Source: Minisyncoccota bacterium
GTDB lineage: Bacteria > Patescibacteriota > Minisyncoccia > Phycocordibacterales > CSBR16-193
NCBI GenBank assembly: GCA_040905715.1
Contig: JBBDRA010000003.1
Coordinates: 330,679-394,678 of the forward strand
Length of the DNA: 64,000 bases
Direction: 5' to 3'
The notes beneath the pieces were generated by a model. It ran no database searches. It saw only the letters and a program-made list of their open reading frames with translations, and was not told where the DNA came from. The position numbers and the translations under genes are program-made. Below are positions 21,125 to 28,875 of this stretch, piece after piece (the first letter of the stretch is position 1; every line of letters begins with the position of its first letter).

Positions 21125-21514
21125 ATGCCATATGACGAGTATTGTCCTGCTATCGAGCTTCGCTTTCGTGACAAAATAAAGTTCTGGATGGTATTTCTTC
21201 CGACGTTGGTATTATTTGGGGCCTTGCTCGCTGTTTGCCTCGTTTGGTTGCTTATTGCCTGCGTGCTCTTGTCACCTTTTCTTCTTCCCATCATGGTCGG
21301 AAAGCTTGTAGGACGATGGGTTAAGCGACGGCAGAGCAGGTTGACAGTTCGGTACAACTTCATTTGTGAGGAGGAAACGTGCTCGGGTTTTTGGGTCGTT
21401 GTCCCGCACAGTAGGTGTACATTGTGTGGCGCATTAACGAATATATACGGACAAGACCGTGGAGCAACTCGGCTACAAGAATCTCAACGATTGCGGCGAC
21501 GTTACGTGAGGTAG
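21125..21514 (+). CDS. hypothetical membrane protein with a C-terminal C-x2-C...C-x2-C zinc ribbon
   Basis: Internal start MPYDEY. Two TM helices, then CEEETCSG...CTLCG. Confidence 0.4.
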   Translation: MPYDEYCPAIELRFRDKIKFWMVFLPTLVLFGALLAVCLVWLLIACVLLSPFLLPIMVGKLVGRWVKRRQSRLTVRYNFICEEETCSGFWVVVPHSRCTLCGALTNIYGQDRGATRLQESQRLRRRYVR

Positions 21515-21666
21515 CCTCAATTTTTGCATGTCCTCTATCCAAACCCCTGTTCAAATAGATAGGGGTTTATTTATTAAGTAGATAATCTACAGTAAGGTAA
21601 CTGTAATAAAAGTACCACTGTCGGGTGTCAACAAATGTGTATTAATAGCATCTAAACCTATACAGT

Positions 21667-22113
21667 ATGAAACAAGCCATTATTTGGATAATTATCGTCC
21701 TTATCGTAATAGCGGGTATTATTTGGTTCGTAAACCGCACTGATATCGAGGAACCTCTTGTAAACAATGGGCAGGAGGAAGAGGAGTCTATCGAAATTGA
21801 TTTAAACGAGCAGAATGATTCAGGCGTGTCAGGAACAGCTCTGTTGACCGAGGTTGATGGAGGCACGCGTGTTGAGCTTGATCTAGATGGAGCTCCGGAA
21901 GATATCGCTCAGCCGGCACATATTCATAGCGGAACTTGTGCTGATATCGGCGAGGTTGTGTACCCGCTGGAGTTTCCAATGAATGGTGAGTCCGAGACCA
22001 CGATCAGTGTCTCACTCGATGACCTACGTAATGAGCTTCCACTCGCAATCAATGTGCACCAGTCACCTGAGGAGATCGAGGTATATGTAGCCTGCGGTGA
22101 CATAGAAGAGTAA
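21667..22113 (+). CDS. secreted CHRD-like domain protein
   Basis: N-terminal signal-anchor, then PAHIHSGTCADIG...AINVHQS, resembling the CHRD HIH motif. Confidence 0.5.
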   Translation: MKQAIIWIIIVLIVIAGIIWFVNRTDIEEPLVNNGQEEEESIEIDLNEQNDSGVSGTALLTEVDGGTRVELDLDGAPEDIAQPAHIHSGTCADIGEVVYPLEFPMNGESETTISVSLDDLRNELPLAINVHQSPEEIEVYVACGDIEE

Positions 22114-22155
22114 GTCGATTATTAACCCCGTAAAATCTGTTATTACGAGAATAGA

Positions 22156-22189
22156 AAAAGCGCCGATGCATTCTCGCATCGGCGCTTTT
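22156..22189. terminator. bidirectional intrinsic terminator
   Basis: Stem agcgccgatgc / gcatcggcgct flanked by A4 and T4. It sits between two convergent genes. Confidence 0.7.
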
Positions 22190-22230
22190 GTAATGGTTTA
22201 TGTTCAGCAGGCAATGAATTTCGGTTGTGC

Positions 22231-22797
22231 TCACACGCGGCGACGCCTGAGCAGGAGAGTAGATCCGATAGCAAGCAGTGTCACTGAGGCCGGTTCGGGG
22301 ACGGGATATTCGACTACATAGCCGAACTGCAGATCTTTATCTGCATCATTCCAGCCCACACCTTCGCTTGCCGTGATGTACTGGGCGTCAAACTGGAGTC
22401 TTTCCTCGGAAACAAGGTTGTCGTCAGGCTGACCTGTTCCCCAGTTGGTGTAGTCCCATTGCTCGCCGGTGATCCAGCCCCAGCCATCTTCCGGACCGCT
22501 GGCCGTGGATAGTTGTCTGCCGCCCAGCCACTTGTGATCCAGTGCATCAGAACCAAAAGTGTCATAGAGGAAAAGATTTTCCTCCACTGAGGTGATCGTG
22601 GCCAGGTGGCCATCTACACCCTGGTGGGTTTGATTCATCGCAACTGACGCTGCGGCGATCCAGAAATACGGCTCATTAATCACGTCGTAGTAGTGGTCGT
22701 TGCCGCCGTCAGCGACAGTCCACTGAACCGGAGCAGCCAGCGCATTCGAAGTAAACACCAGGACGATAAAAGTGATCACGAGTCGGATACTGGCCAT
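22231..22797 (-). CDS. C-type lectin-like domain protein with a PEP-CTERM sorting signal
   Basis: Signal peptide, then CTLD-like motifs (WIAAASVAMNQT...GHLATITSVEENLFL...WGWITGEQWDYTNWGTGQPDD). The C-terminus VPEPASVTLLAIGSTLLLRRRRV is PEP plus a TM helix plus an Arg cluster. SD GGAAGGAA. Confidence 0.7.
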   Translation of the reverse strand: MASIRLVITFIVLVFTSNALAAPVQWTVADGGNDHYYDVINEPYFWIAAASVAMNQTHQGVDGHLATITSVEENLFLYDTFGSDALDHKWLGGRQLSTASGPEDGWGWITGEQWDYTNWGTGQPDDNLVSEERLQFDAQYITASEGVGWNDADKDLQFGYVVEYPVPEPASVTLLAIGSTLLLRRRRV

Positions 22798-22936
22798 GCG
22801 AGATTCCTTCCATGAATTTCATGCCAAACTGAGTAAGGTACACTATAAATACTATACGCTGAAATATTTTTTTGTCAAAACAATTCAAGTATGCCGTACC
22901 TAAGTGAAAAAATATCTGTCCTTTATTTTTCTGAAG

Positions 22937-22981
22937 AAAAAGCATAAAAATCCCACAGGCAAGCAAAGCTTGTCTGTGGGA
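22937..22981 (-). terminator. intrinsic terminator of small ORF 1
   Basis: On the minus strand, hairpin tcccacagacaagc / gcttgcctgtggga followed by TTTTTATGCTTTTT. Confidence 0.65.
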
Positions 22982-22999
22982 TGGTTTTGTCACATCAGG

Positions 23000-23185
23000 T
23001 CATTTGTCAGCGGAAGTCCTGTTGCCCTGATCGTCGTCGGCCTGGCTTGCGGCGGGGTCATCGACAGCAGAAAATTGCTGTCGCAGTTTCTGGGGAATGT
23101 CCTCATAAGGCATTCCCATTCGTGGTACATATTGATCCTGACCCTCAGTCACAGGACGCACTTGACCATTGCTGTTTGTGCACAT
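23000..23185 (-). CDS. small hydrophilic protein (61 aa), paralog 1
   Basis: SD GGAGGT lies 7 nt upstream of the ATG. Homologous at nucleotide and protein level to the ORF at 23487..23666 (shared M.T.S...QV....GQ). Confidence 0.55.
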   Translation of the reverse strand: MCTNSNGQVRPVTEGQDQYVPRMGMPYEDIPQKLRQQFSAVDDPAASQADDDQGNRTSADK

Positions 23186-23392
23186 GAGTTACCTCCAAAA
23201 GAACAGAGAAAAGAAAACCAGCCCTTTTCGTAAAGGGCTGGCGCGTATTTCTCAGAAGATGTGATGTATTGATTATTGAGATGCACGAGTAAGCCCTCTA
23301 CCGAGGTTGGTAGATGTGACGATAATCACCACACTGTGCTTACGTATTCGTTGCATTAATTAACATTGTACAAATATCTCTGTATTTAACAA
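23186..23392 (-). promoter_or_regulatory. promoter, leaderless Ile/Val-rich upstream ORF (27 aa) and intrinsic attenuator/terminator ahead of small ORF 1
   Basis: On the minus strand: promoter TTGTTA-N16-TACAAT, predicted TSS at the A of ATGCAACGA (plus-strand position 23356). The uORF is MQRIRKHSVVIIVTSTNLGRGLTRASQ*. Hairpin ccagcccttt/aaagggctgg and a T-run (23197..23241) lie immediately before the SD. Confidence 0.5.
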
Positions 23393-23419
23393 GGGTGGAG
23401 AGAACACAATAGGTGTCTA

Positions 23420-23457
23420 AATAAAAAACCCGATATGTATTTTGCATACATATCGGG
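23420..23457 (-). terminator. intrinsic terminator of small ORF 2
   Basis: Perfect 12-bp stem cccgatatgtat / atacatatcggg followed by T6 on the minus strand. Confidence 0.75.
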
Positions 23458-23486
23458 TAAGAGAGGATGTGAACGACACCAAGACG

Positions 23487-23666
23487 CTAATCCAGCGGCT
23501 GGTGATCAACATGATGACGCCGATCTCTTTCCATCTCCAAACTGAGTTGTTCGTCCAGTCGAGAGGTTGGACGATGGTCGTTTGGCTCCACGCGCACACG
23601 CTGTGTCGGGAGCGGCTGACCGGAAGTACTCTTCGCTACCTGCCTGTCTGTGCTCGTTGTGGTCAT
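23487..23666 (-). CDS. small hydrophilic protein (60 aa), paralog 2
   Basis: Internal Met of track ORF 23487..23693. SD GGAGGTGG lies 6 nt upstream of the ATG. Product MTTTSTDRQVAKSTSGQPLP... Confidence 0.55.
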   Translation of the reverse strand: MTTTSTDRQVAKSTSGQPLPTQRVRVEPNDHRPTSRLDEQLSLEMERDRRHHVDHQPLD

Positions 23667-23934
23667 ATACCACCTCCAAAAGAAAAAGAACAAAATTACT
23701 GCCTATCTGCCGCACCGTACGCTAAACAAAAACCAGCTCTTTGGTGAAGAGCTGGCGCGTATTTCCTAGGAGTTATTGTTACTTAAGAGACACGAGTAAG
23801 ACCTTCACCAGTTGAACTGGTACTACTAAGGTTCTTGACCACAATAATGCTTGTTCGCATAGCTATTTTAGTGGCTACAACTCGTTGCATGTGGAAATTA
23901 TAACGCCACGTATTGAGTTTGCAAGGTGTGGATA
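23667..23934 (-). promoter_or_regulatory. promoter, leaderless Ile/Val-rich upstream ORF (35 aa) and intrinsic attenuator/terminator ahead of small ORF 2
   Basis: Promoter TTGCAA-N16-TATAAT, TSS at ATGCAACGA (plus-strand position 23890). The uORF is MQRVVATKIAMRTSIIVVKNLSSTSSTGEGLTRVS*. The conserved block GAAATACGCGCCAGC, then stem ccagctctt/aagagctgg and a T-run (23724..23755), precede the SD. Confidence 0.5.
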
Positions 23935-23950
23935 GTATTGTAATAGGGTT

Positions 23951-25258
23951 ATGAAACGACAGGATATTGCTAAAAAGCAGCTTCCGGATCAGCCCGGTGT
24001 ATATTTCTTTAAGAAAGGACGGCAAATACTCTACATTGGTAAGGCCACATCCCTTCGCGACCGTGTGCGGAGTTATTTCAGCGGCGACATAATACTCTCT
24101 CGCAGTCATCTTATCCAGCAGATGGTCGAAGAGGCGGTTACGGTTACCTTTCAACAAACTGACTCAGTTCTTGAGGCGCTCGTGCTGGAGGCAGAGTTGA
24201 TCAAGCGGTATCAGCCACTGTACAACACTCGTGACAAAGATAACAAGAGTTTCAACTACGTTGTCGTAACCGATGAAGATTTTCCTCGAATACTTACCGT
24301 ACGAGGTCGTGAACTTGAAAAAATAGAGTATGAACGACCGCTTGCGTCCAGCAAACCATCACGGTCAACCTCCGTATCGGCAATTCTGCGCCGAACTTCT
24401 GTTAAGAGAACCTTTGGTCCGTTTACATCAGGAAGCTCCCTTCAAGAGGGGTTCAAAATAATACGAAGAATATTTCCGTATCGAGACAGAAAATGCATCC
24501 CTGCAGAAGAGCAACGTGATCCACGCAACCCAAAACCATGCTTTAACCAACAGATAGGTCTGTGCCCGGGAGTATGCACCGGCGGGATAACGAAACGGGA
24601 ATACCAGCGACACATTCGCAATATAGTGCTTTTCTTTGAAGGAAAAAAGAAACAGCTTCTTAAGAAACTTACCACACAGATGAATCGTGCAGCGAAGAAT
24701 CAGGAGTTTGAAAAAGCAACTGATATTCGCCGACAGATATATGCACTAACGCATATTAACGATACCGCACTGCTTACCCGTGACTTTTTTGGAAACTCCT
24801 CTGGGAACGGAAAAATATTCCGGGTTGAAGCGTATGATATCGCTCACTTAAGCGGAAGTGCACACGTCGGAGTAATGACGGTGGTGGAAGATGGGGAAGT
24901 GAATACTGACGAATATAGGAAGTTTCGAATACGCGGACAAGAAGGGGTGAACGACACGAAAGCACTACGTGAGATCATCTCGCGTCGGCTCGACCATCCG
25001 GAATGGCGTATGCCGAACCTGATCGTTGTTGACGGCGGAAAGGCGCAGAAAAATGTTGCTACGCGTTTGCTCGAAGATGTTGGTGTGGTGATACCTATTG
25101 TTGCAGTTGTAAAGGATGAACGGCACAAGCCGCGCGACTTGATCGGCAAAGAAGACATCGTAAGAAAACATCAAGACGACATTCTTTTGGCAAATAGTGA
25201 GTCTCATCGCTACGCGATACAGTTCCACCGCCAGCGATTGCGAAAAGGGCGGGAATAG
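23951..25258 (+). CDS. uvrC: excinuclease ABC subunit C, short form lacking the C-terminal HhH domain
   Basis: N-terminal GIY-YIG domain (GVYFFKKGRQILYIGKATSLRDRV). C-terminal endonuclease/RNase H-like domain (RVEAYDIAHLSG). 435 aa against about 600 aa typically. Confidence 0.85.
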   Translation: MKRQDIAKKQLPDQPGVYFFKKGRQILYIGKATSLRDRVRSYFSGDIILSRSHLIQQMVEEAVTVTFQQTDSVLEALVLEAELIKRYQPLYNTRDKDNKSFNYVVVTDEDFPRILTVRGRELEKIEYERPLASSKPSRSTSVSAILRRTSVKRTFGPFTSGSSLQEGFKIIRRIFPYRDRKCIPAEEQRDPRNPKPCFNQQIGLCPGVCTGGITKREYQRHIRNIVLFFEGKKKQLLKKLTTQMNRAAKNQEFEKATDIRRQIYALTHINDTALLTRDFFGNSSGNGKIFRVEAYDIAHLSGSAHVGVMTVVEDGEVNTDEYRKFRIRGQEGVNDTKALREIISRRLDHPEWRMPNLIVVDGGKAQKNVATRLLEDVGVVIPIVAVVKDERHKPRDLIGKEDIVRKHQDDILLANSESHRYAIQFHRQRLRKGRE

Positions 25259-25278
25259 CTGTGATACAATTGGTATGT

Positions 25279-26256
25279 ATGTCCCCACAACTGATCACTG
25301 TTGGTGTGCTCCGCGGCGGTCCGTCCTCAGAGCACGACGTGTCGCTTAGATCAGGCGAGACAATGCTCCGTGAGCTCGGTAAGCGATTTGAAGTGCGCGA
25401 CCTCCTTGTCGATACATATGGTCAGTGGATCCGTAACGGTGTTCCAACTCGGCCGGAGAAAGCCCTCCGACACGTAGATGTTGTTGTGAACGGAATGCAT
25501 GGTGAGTATGGAGAGGATGGGAAGGTTCAGCGACTACTCGACTCAATGGGGGTGCCGTATACCGGTTCCAATGCCTTTGCTTCAGCACTAGCGATAAATA
25601 AAAGTAAAGCACGGCAACACTTGTCAAAACGAAATATCAAACAACCGGTCCATCGCGATATAAGGAAAACTGAGTTATGCCAAGAGCTTGTCGATGAATT
25701 GTTCGAGACTTTTCCGCAACCATCAGTTGTAAAACCGCGTTCGCTTGGTTCTTCAGTAGGGGTTTCGATAGTTCGTACCCGGGATGATCTGCGCAATGCC
25801 CTTGATCACGTATTCACGTTCTGTGAGAACGCGCTTATTGAAGAGTATATTAAGGGAAAAGAAGCAACCTGCGGAGTTATTGACGGATATAGAAACGAGC
25901 GCATGTACGCGTTACCGATAGTCGAGATACGTCCGTCTGACCGCGACTTTTTCGATTATGAGGCAAAGTATGGCGGGTCAACTCACGAGATCTGCCCGGG
26001 CAACTTTACTGAAAAAGAGCGTAAGGAAATGCAACAGATCGCGCGAGATGCCCACACTCATCTGGGGCTGAGACACTATTCACGATCTGATTTTATTGTC
26101 ACTCCGCGACGAGGCGTGTACTTGCTCGAAGTGAATACGCTACCGGGGATGACCCCGGAGTCATTGTTTCCAAAGTCACTCGCTGCGGTTGGGAGCAGTC
26201 TGGAGGAATTCCTAACTTATCTTGTCGGACTGGCTCATTCAGGCGCTCGTCGATAG
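25279..26256 (+). CDS. ddl: D-alanine--D-alanine ligase
   Basis: ITVGVLRGGPSSEHDVSLRSG N-terminus and an ATP-grasp C-terminus. The track start is a GTG at 25261; the ATG at 25279 is preferred. Confidence 0.9.
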   Translation: MSPQLITVGVLRGGPSSEHDVSLRSGETMLRELGKRFEVRDLLVDTYGQWIRNGVPTRPEKALRHVDVVVNGMHGEYGEDGKVQRLLDSMGVPYTGSNAFASALAINKSKARQHLSKRNIKQPVHRDIRKTELCQELVDELFETFPQPSVVKPRSLGSSVGVSIVRTRDDLRNALDHVFTFCENALIEEYIKGKEATCGVIDGYRNERMYALPIVEIRPSDRDFFDYEAKYGGSTHEICPGNFTEKERKEMQQIARDAHTHLGLRHYSRSDFIVTPRRGVYLLEVNTLPGMTPESLFPKSLAAVGSSLEEFLTYLVGLAHSGARR

Positions 26257-26351
26257 TCATTCTTTGCTTTTTTTGAAAAATACTTTAGAATATGATTCTT
26301 GCTAGGGTCGGTAGGCAAAGCCTGCTCCAGCTGCGCTCAGGAAAAATAAAA

Positions 26352-26528
26352 GTAAACTTTTGTTTTCTCTTTCGCTTGTTGGAGTAAGAAAATCTTGCGG
26401 GCCCGGCATTCCAAGGAAATAGAAGTGAACTTCAATTTTGCTTCTCACTTGGGCACGTAAGAAAATCTTTCAAACCCTGCATTCGGATGAAATGATCCGC
26501 CCGAGGCGGACCGTTTCTATCCTCACTT
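26352..26528 (+). repeat. degenerate tandem repeats of about 80 bp upstream of tRNA-Ala that imitate the tRNA 5' flank and first bases
   Basis: ttctctttcgcttgttggagtaagaaaatct..., ttctcacttgggcacgtaagaaaatct..., then tatcctcacttgggcccgtagc, which is the tRNA 5' end. Confidence 0.5.
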
Positions 26529-26604
26529 GGGCCCGTAGCTCATCTGGTAGAGCGCCTCACTTGCACTGAGGAGGTGGCAGGTTCGAGTCCTGTCGGGTCC
26601 ACCA
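26529..26604 (+). tRNA. tRNA-Ala(UGC) with encoded CCA
   Basis: GGGCCCGTAGCTCATCTGGTAGAGCGCCTCACTTGCACTGAGGAGGTGGCAGGTTCGAGTCCTGTCGGGTCCACCA. Anticodon loop CTTGCAC and a G3:U70 pair. Confidence 0.95.
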
Positions 26605-28081
26605 ATATCAAACTTTCGGATTTTTTCCCAACCGATTCGGCGGCGCGTTGCGCCGCAAAGTAGGCAGGCAAAGGGTTTCCGCGCGCTTCGCGCGCGTCCA
26701 AACGGAGGTTCGAGCCAAAGATTTCTTTGGCTATGACCTTTTTGCGGGAAAGGTCATCATCACTTGCGATTTTGACGAGGTTTGAAGCGACTTTTATCCA
26801 ATTCTGGAACGGTTCGAGCCAATCATTCTGCTTTTGCTCAAGTTGGGCAATTTGGCCTTCCAGCGACTTCTTTTCTGAAAGGAGTTTTGCTTTTTTCTCG
26901 CGATATACCTCTCGCTCAATGTCCTGTTCCAAATAACCGTCAAGAAGTCGCTGGAGCTTAATTTCAATATTTTTGATTTTCTCTCTTGCTTCGTCAGCAA
27001 AAGCAGAAACGGATTGGGCGGATTTTTCTTTATCGACTTTCGCCATTTTCAACAATTTTTCCGCCCAATCCGAACGCAAAGAAACTTTTTGAATTTTGGA
27101 TGATAACTGCCGATTTAATTCTTCCTCTCGCACATAGGGTTGCGAGCACTTTTGTTTGCCCTTTTTAGTACAGCGATAGTAAATATGTCCTTTTTGCTTT
27201 TCGGCAGTTATCATCATGCCGCATTCGGCGCAAGAGATAAGACCACAGAACGCCTGCGGTTCATTCTTCTGTTTCTTTCTCGGTCGTCCGCGCTCTTGCA
27301 ATACCTCTTGCGCCGTATCAAAAAGTTTCTTTGTGATGATTGGCTCGTGCTTTCCTTCGTGTATTTCGCCAGCGTAGCGAAATAAACCTGTATAAAAAGG
27401 ATTGGAGAGGATAAAAGTCACCCTCGTCTTGTGGATTCTCTTTCCGCCGCGGGATAGTATCCCGCGTTGCGCCAAAAAGTTAGAAATATCCTCCAACCGC
27501 GAATTTCCTTTTGCGTACAATTCAAAAGCCCCGCGAATAATCCGAGCTTTCTTTTTGTCCACTACAACTGTTTTTGTGCGACTGTCGTTTATATAGCCAA
27601 TAGGCGCAACGCTCGGATATTCGCCCCGCTTAACTTTTTGGCGCAAACCACGCTTCGTATTTTCGGAAAGAGAATCCACATAGTATTTGCTTTGCCCAAA
27701 GGCAATATTGAGCATGAACTTTCCTTGCGGCGTTGACTCAAACCAAAATTGTGGAAACTTCAACGCCGTAATACGCCCGCAATCTAAAAGATAAATAATG
27801 CGCCCGCCGTCAACAGAATTGCGCGCCAATCTATCAGGATGCCAAGCCAAAATCCCCGCGGCCTCGCCTTTTTCAATACGCTCTAACATTTCACCGAATA
27901 TCGGCCGTCCGGGGATTTTAGCACTCTGCTTTTCAATAAAAGTATCAACGATATCTAATTCTTCCTGTTTGGCAAAGGCGCGCAATTCTGCGGTCTGGTC
28001 TTCAATAGAGCGCACTTGTTTATCTTCCACATCGGTGGACTTGCGGGCGTATATGAAAAATTTTGTGTTGTTCATGCTCAT
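26540..28081 (-). CDS. large serine recombinase (resolvase catalytic domain, recombinase domain, zinc ribbon and coiled coil)
   Basis: N-terminal FFIYARKSTDVEDKQ...LARN. Zinc ribbon CGLISCAECGMM...YYRCTKK. Coiled-coil tail. The last roughly 60 codons lie in inverted repeat 1-L and run antisense into the tRNA-Ala 3' end, so the true stop may be earlier or a program-dependent call. Confidence 0.85.
   Translation of the reverse strand: MSMNNTKFFIYARKSTDVEDKQVRSIEDQTAELRAFAKQEELDIVDTFIEKQSAKIPGRPIFGEMLERIEKGEAAGILAWHPDRLARNSVDGGRIIYLLDCGRITALKFPQFWFESTPQGKFMLNIAFGQSKYYVDSLSENTKRGLRQKVKRGEYPSVAPIGYINDSRTKTVVVDKKKARIIRGAFELYAKGNSRLEDISNFLAQRGILSRGGKRIHKTRVTFILSNPFYTGLFRYAGEIHEGKHEPIITKKLFDTAQEVLQERGRPRKKQKNEPQAFCGLISCAECGMMITAEKQKGHIYYRCTKKGKQKCSQPYVREEELNRQLSSKIQKVSLRSDWAEKLLKMAKVDKEKSAQSVSAFADEAREKIKNIEIKLQRLLDGYLEQDIEREVYREKKAKLLSEKKSLEGQIAQLEQKQNDWLEPFQNWIKVASNLVKIASDDDLSRKKVIAKEIFGSNLRLDAREARGNPLPAYFAAQRAAESVGKKSESLILVDPTGLEPATSSVQVRRSTR
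26598..26713. repeat. inverted repeat 1, left copy (116 bp, perfect); its outer end includes the tRNA's last 7 nt
   Basis: Exact reverse complement of 28131..28246, verified base by base over the compared stretch. Confidence 0.85.
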
Positions 28082-28130
28082 ATATTTTTAATTGATTGGG
28101 CAAAGCAAGTACTTAAAATCGCAAGTGATG

Positions 28131-28246
28131 TCGAACCTCCGTTTGGACGCGCGCGAAGCGCGCGGAAACCCTTTGCCTGCCTACTTTGCGGCGCAACGCG
28201 CCGCCGAATCGGTTGGGAAAAAATCCGAAAGTTTGATATTGGTGGA
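28131..28246. repeat. inverted repeat 1, right copy
   Basis: Reverse complement of 26598..26713. The two copies bracket the recombinase gene. Confidence 0.85.
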
Positions 28247-28573
28247 ATTATACGACTTCGCTCGAACGCATTTTGAACAGAACCCCGACTGACGCACGCG
28301 CGGAGCGCGTGGTGGCTCTGAACTAAATCGTACGCTCTCGCCCCGCCCCTCGCCTCCGCTATCGCTACGGCGAGAACCTCGCAGAAATTTTCCCTTACAA
28401 TTTTCTTTTGCGCGCGCCCCCTGAAAAAAATTCTAAAAAGGAAAGGGAAATTTCTGCTCGGTTCCGCCCTCCAAGTATTCGGGCAAGGCGGGGCTACCAA
28501 CGCTCGGACGGCTCGGCATTCCTCCCCCTGACCCCCTCCTGCCGAGCCGTCCTCGCTTCGGGGAACGGGCGGG
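28242..28573. repeat. inverted repeat 2, left copy (about 331 bp, GC-rich, near perfect); abuts and overlaps inverted repeat 1-R by 5 nt
   Basis: Reverse complement of 32236..32566 with a few substitutions. Contains internal palindromes (gacggctcggca/tgccgagccgtc; gcagaaattttccctt/aagggaaatttctgc). Confidence 0.85.
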
Positions 28574-28668
28574 CGGTTATTTACAATAGCGTAATAATTT
28601 AGTATCATTTTAGTAGTGATTGAGAATATCACTTATACCTACTTTAATACTACTAAATTATTAGTCAA

Positions 28669-28866
28669 ATGGCAACAATAGCAGAAAATCTAAGAAAAGC
28701 CCGGAAGAAGGCGGGATTATCGCAAGACAAGCTCGCCCGCGAAGCGGACGTTGCCTACAATACGGTTGTTAAGATTGAATCAGGCGAAAATAAAAATCCG
28801 ACCATTGAAACTTTGCGAAATATCGCAAAGGCGTTGGATGTTTCCGTTGGTGAATTGATTAATTAA
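28669..28866 (+). CDS. XRE-family helix-turn-helix transcriptional regulator
   Basis: LSQDKLAREADVAYNTVVKIESGENKNPTIETLRNIAKAL, a classic Cro/C1-type HTH. Confidence 0.8.
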   Translation: MATIAENLRKARKKAGLSQDKLAREADVAYNTVVKIESGENKNPTIETLRNIAKALDVSVGELIN

Positions 28867-28875
28867 GAATAATTT

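Noticed and set aside
20965-21363. 132-aa minus-strand ORF upstream of the ParB-like gene
   Set aside because: It overlaps the better-supported plus-strand zinc-ribbon membrane ORF, and its product is low-complexity.
23506-23715. 69-aa and 68-aa minus-strand ORFs overlapping small ORF 2 and its leader
   Set aside because: They are alternative frames of the same locus. The SD-preceded 60-aa frame and the conserved uORF frame explain the conservation between paralogs better.
23783-24157. 124-aa minus-strand ORF
   Set aside because: It overlaps the well-supported uvrC N-terminus on the opposite strand. It falls in the promoter region of attenuator unit 2 and has no SD.
26540-26604. A genuine recombinase C-terminus encoded by the antisense tRNA
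   Set aside because: The ORF has no stop until after it crosses the tRNA, so it is reported as one CDS. The tRNA-antisense-derived tail (VDPTGLEPATSSVQVRRSTR) is probably fortuitous read-through of the att region, and I do not claim it is functional.
28078-28632. 184-aa minus-strand ORF, its 93-aa mirror at 32290..32571, and the plus-strand ORF 28092..28292
   Set aside because: They lie entirely within the GC-rich inverted repeats. The products are Arg/Ala/Pro low-complexity, and the same peptide appears wherever the repeat occurs. They are artefacts of the repeat sequence.
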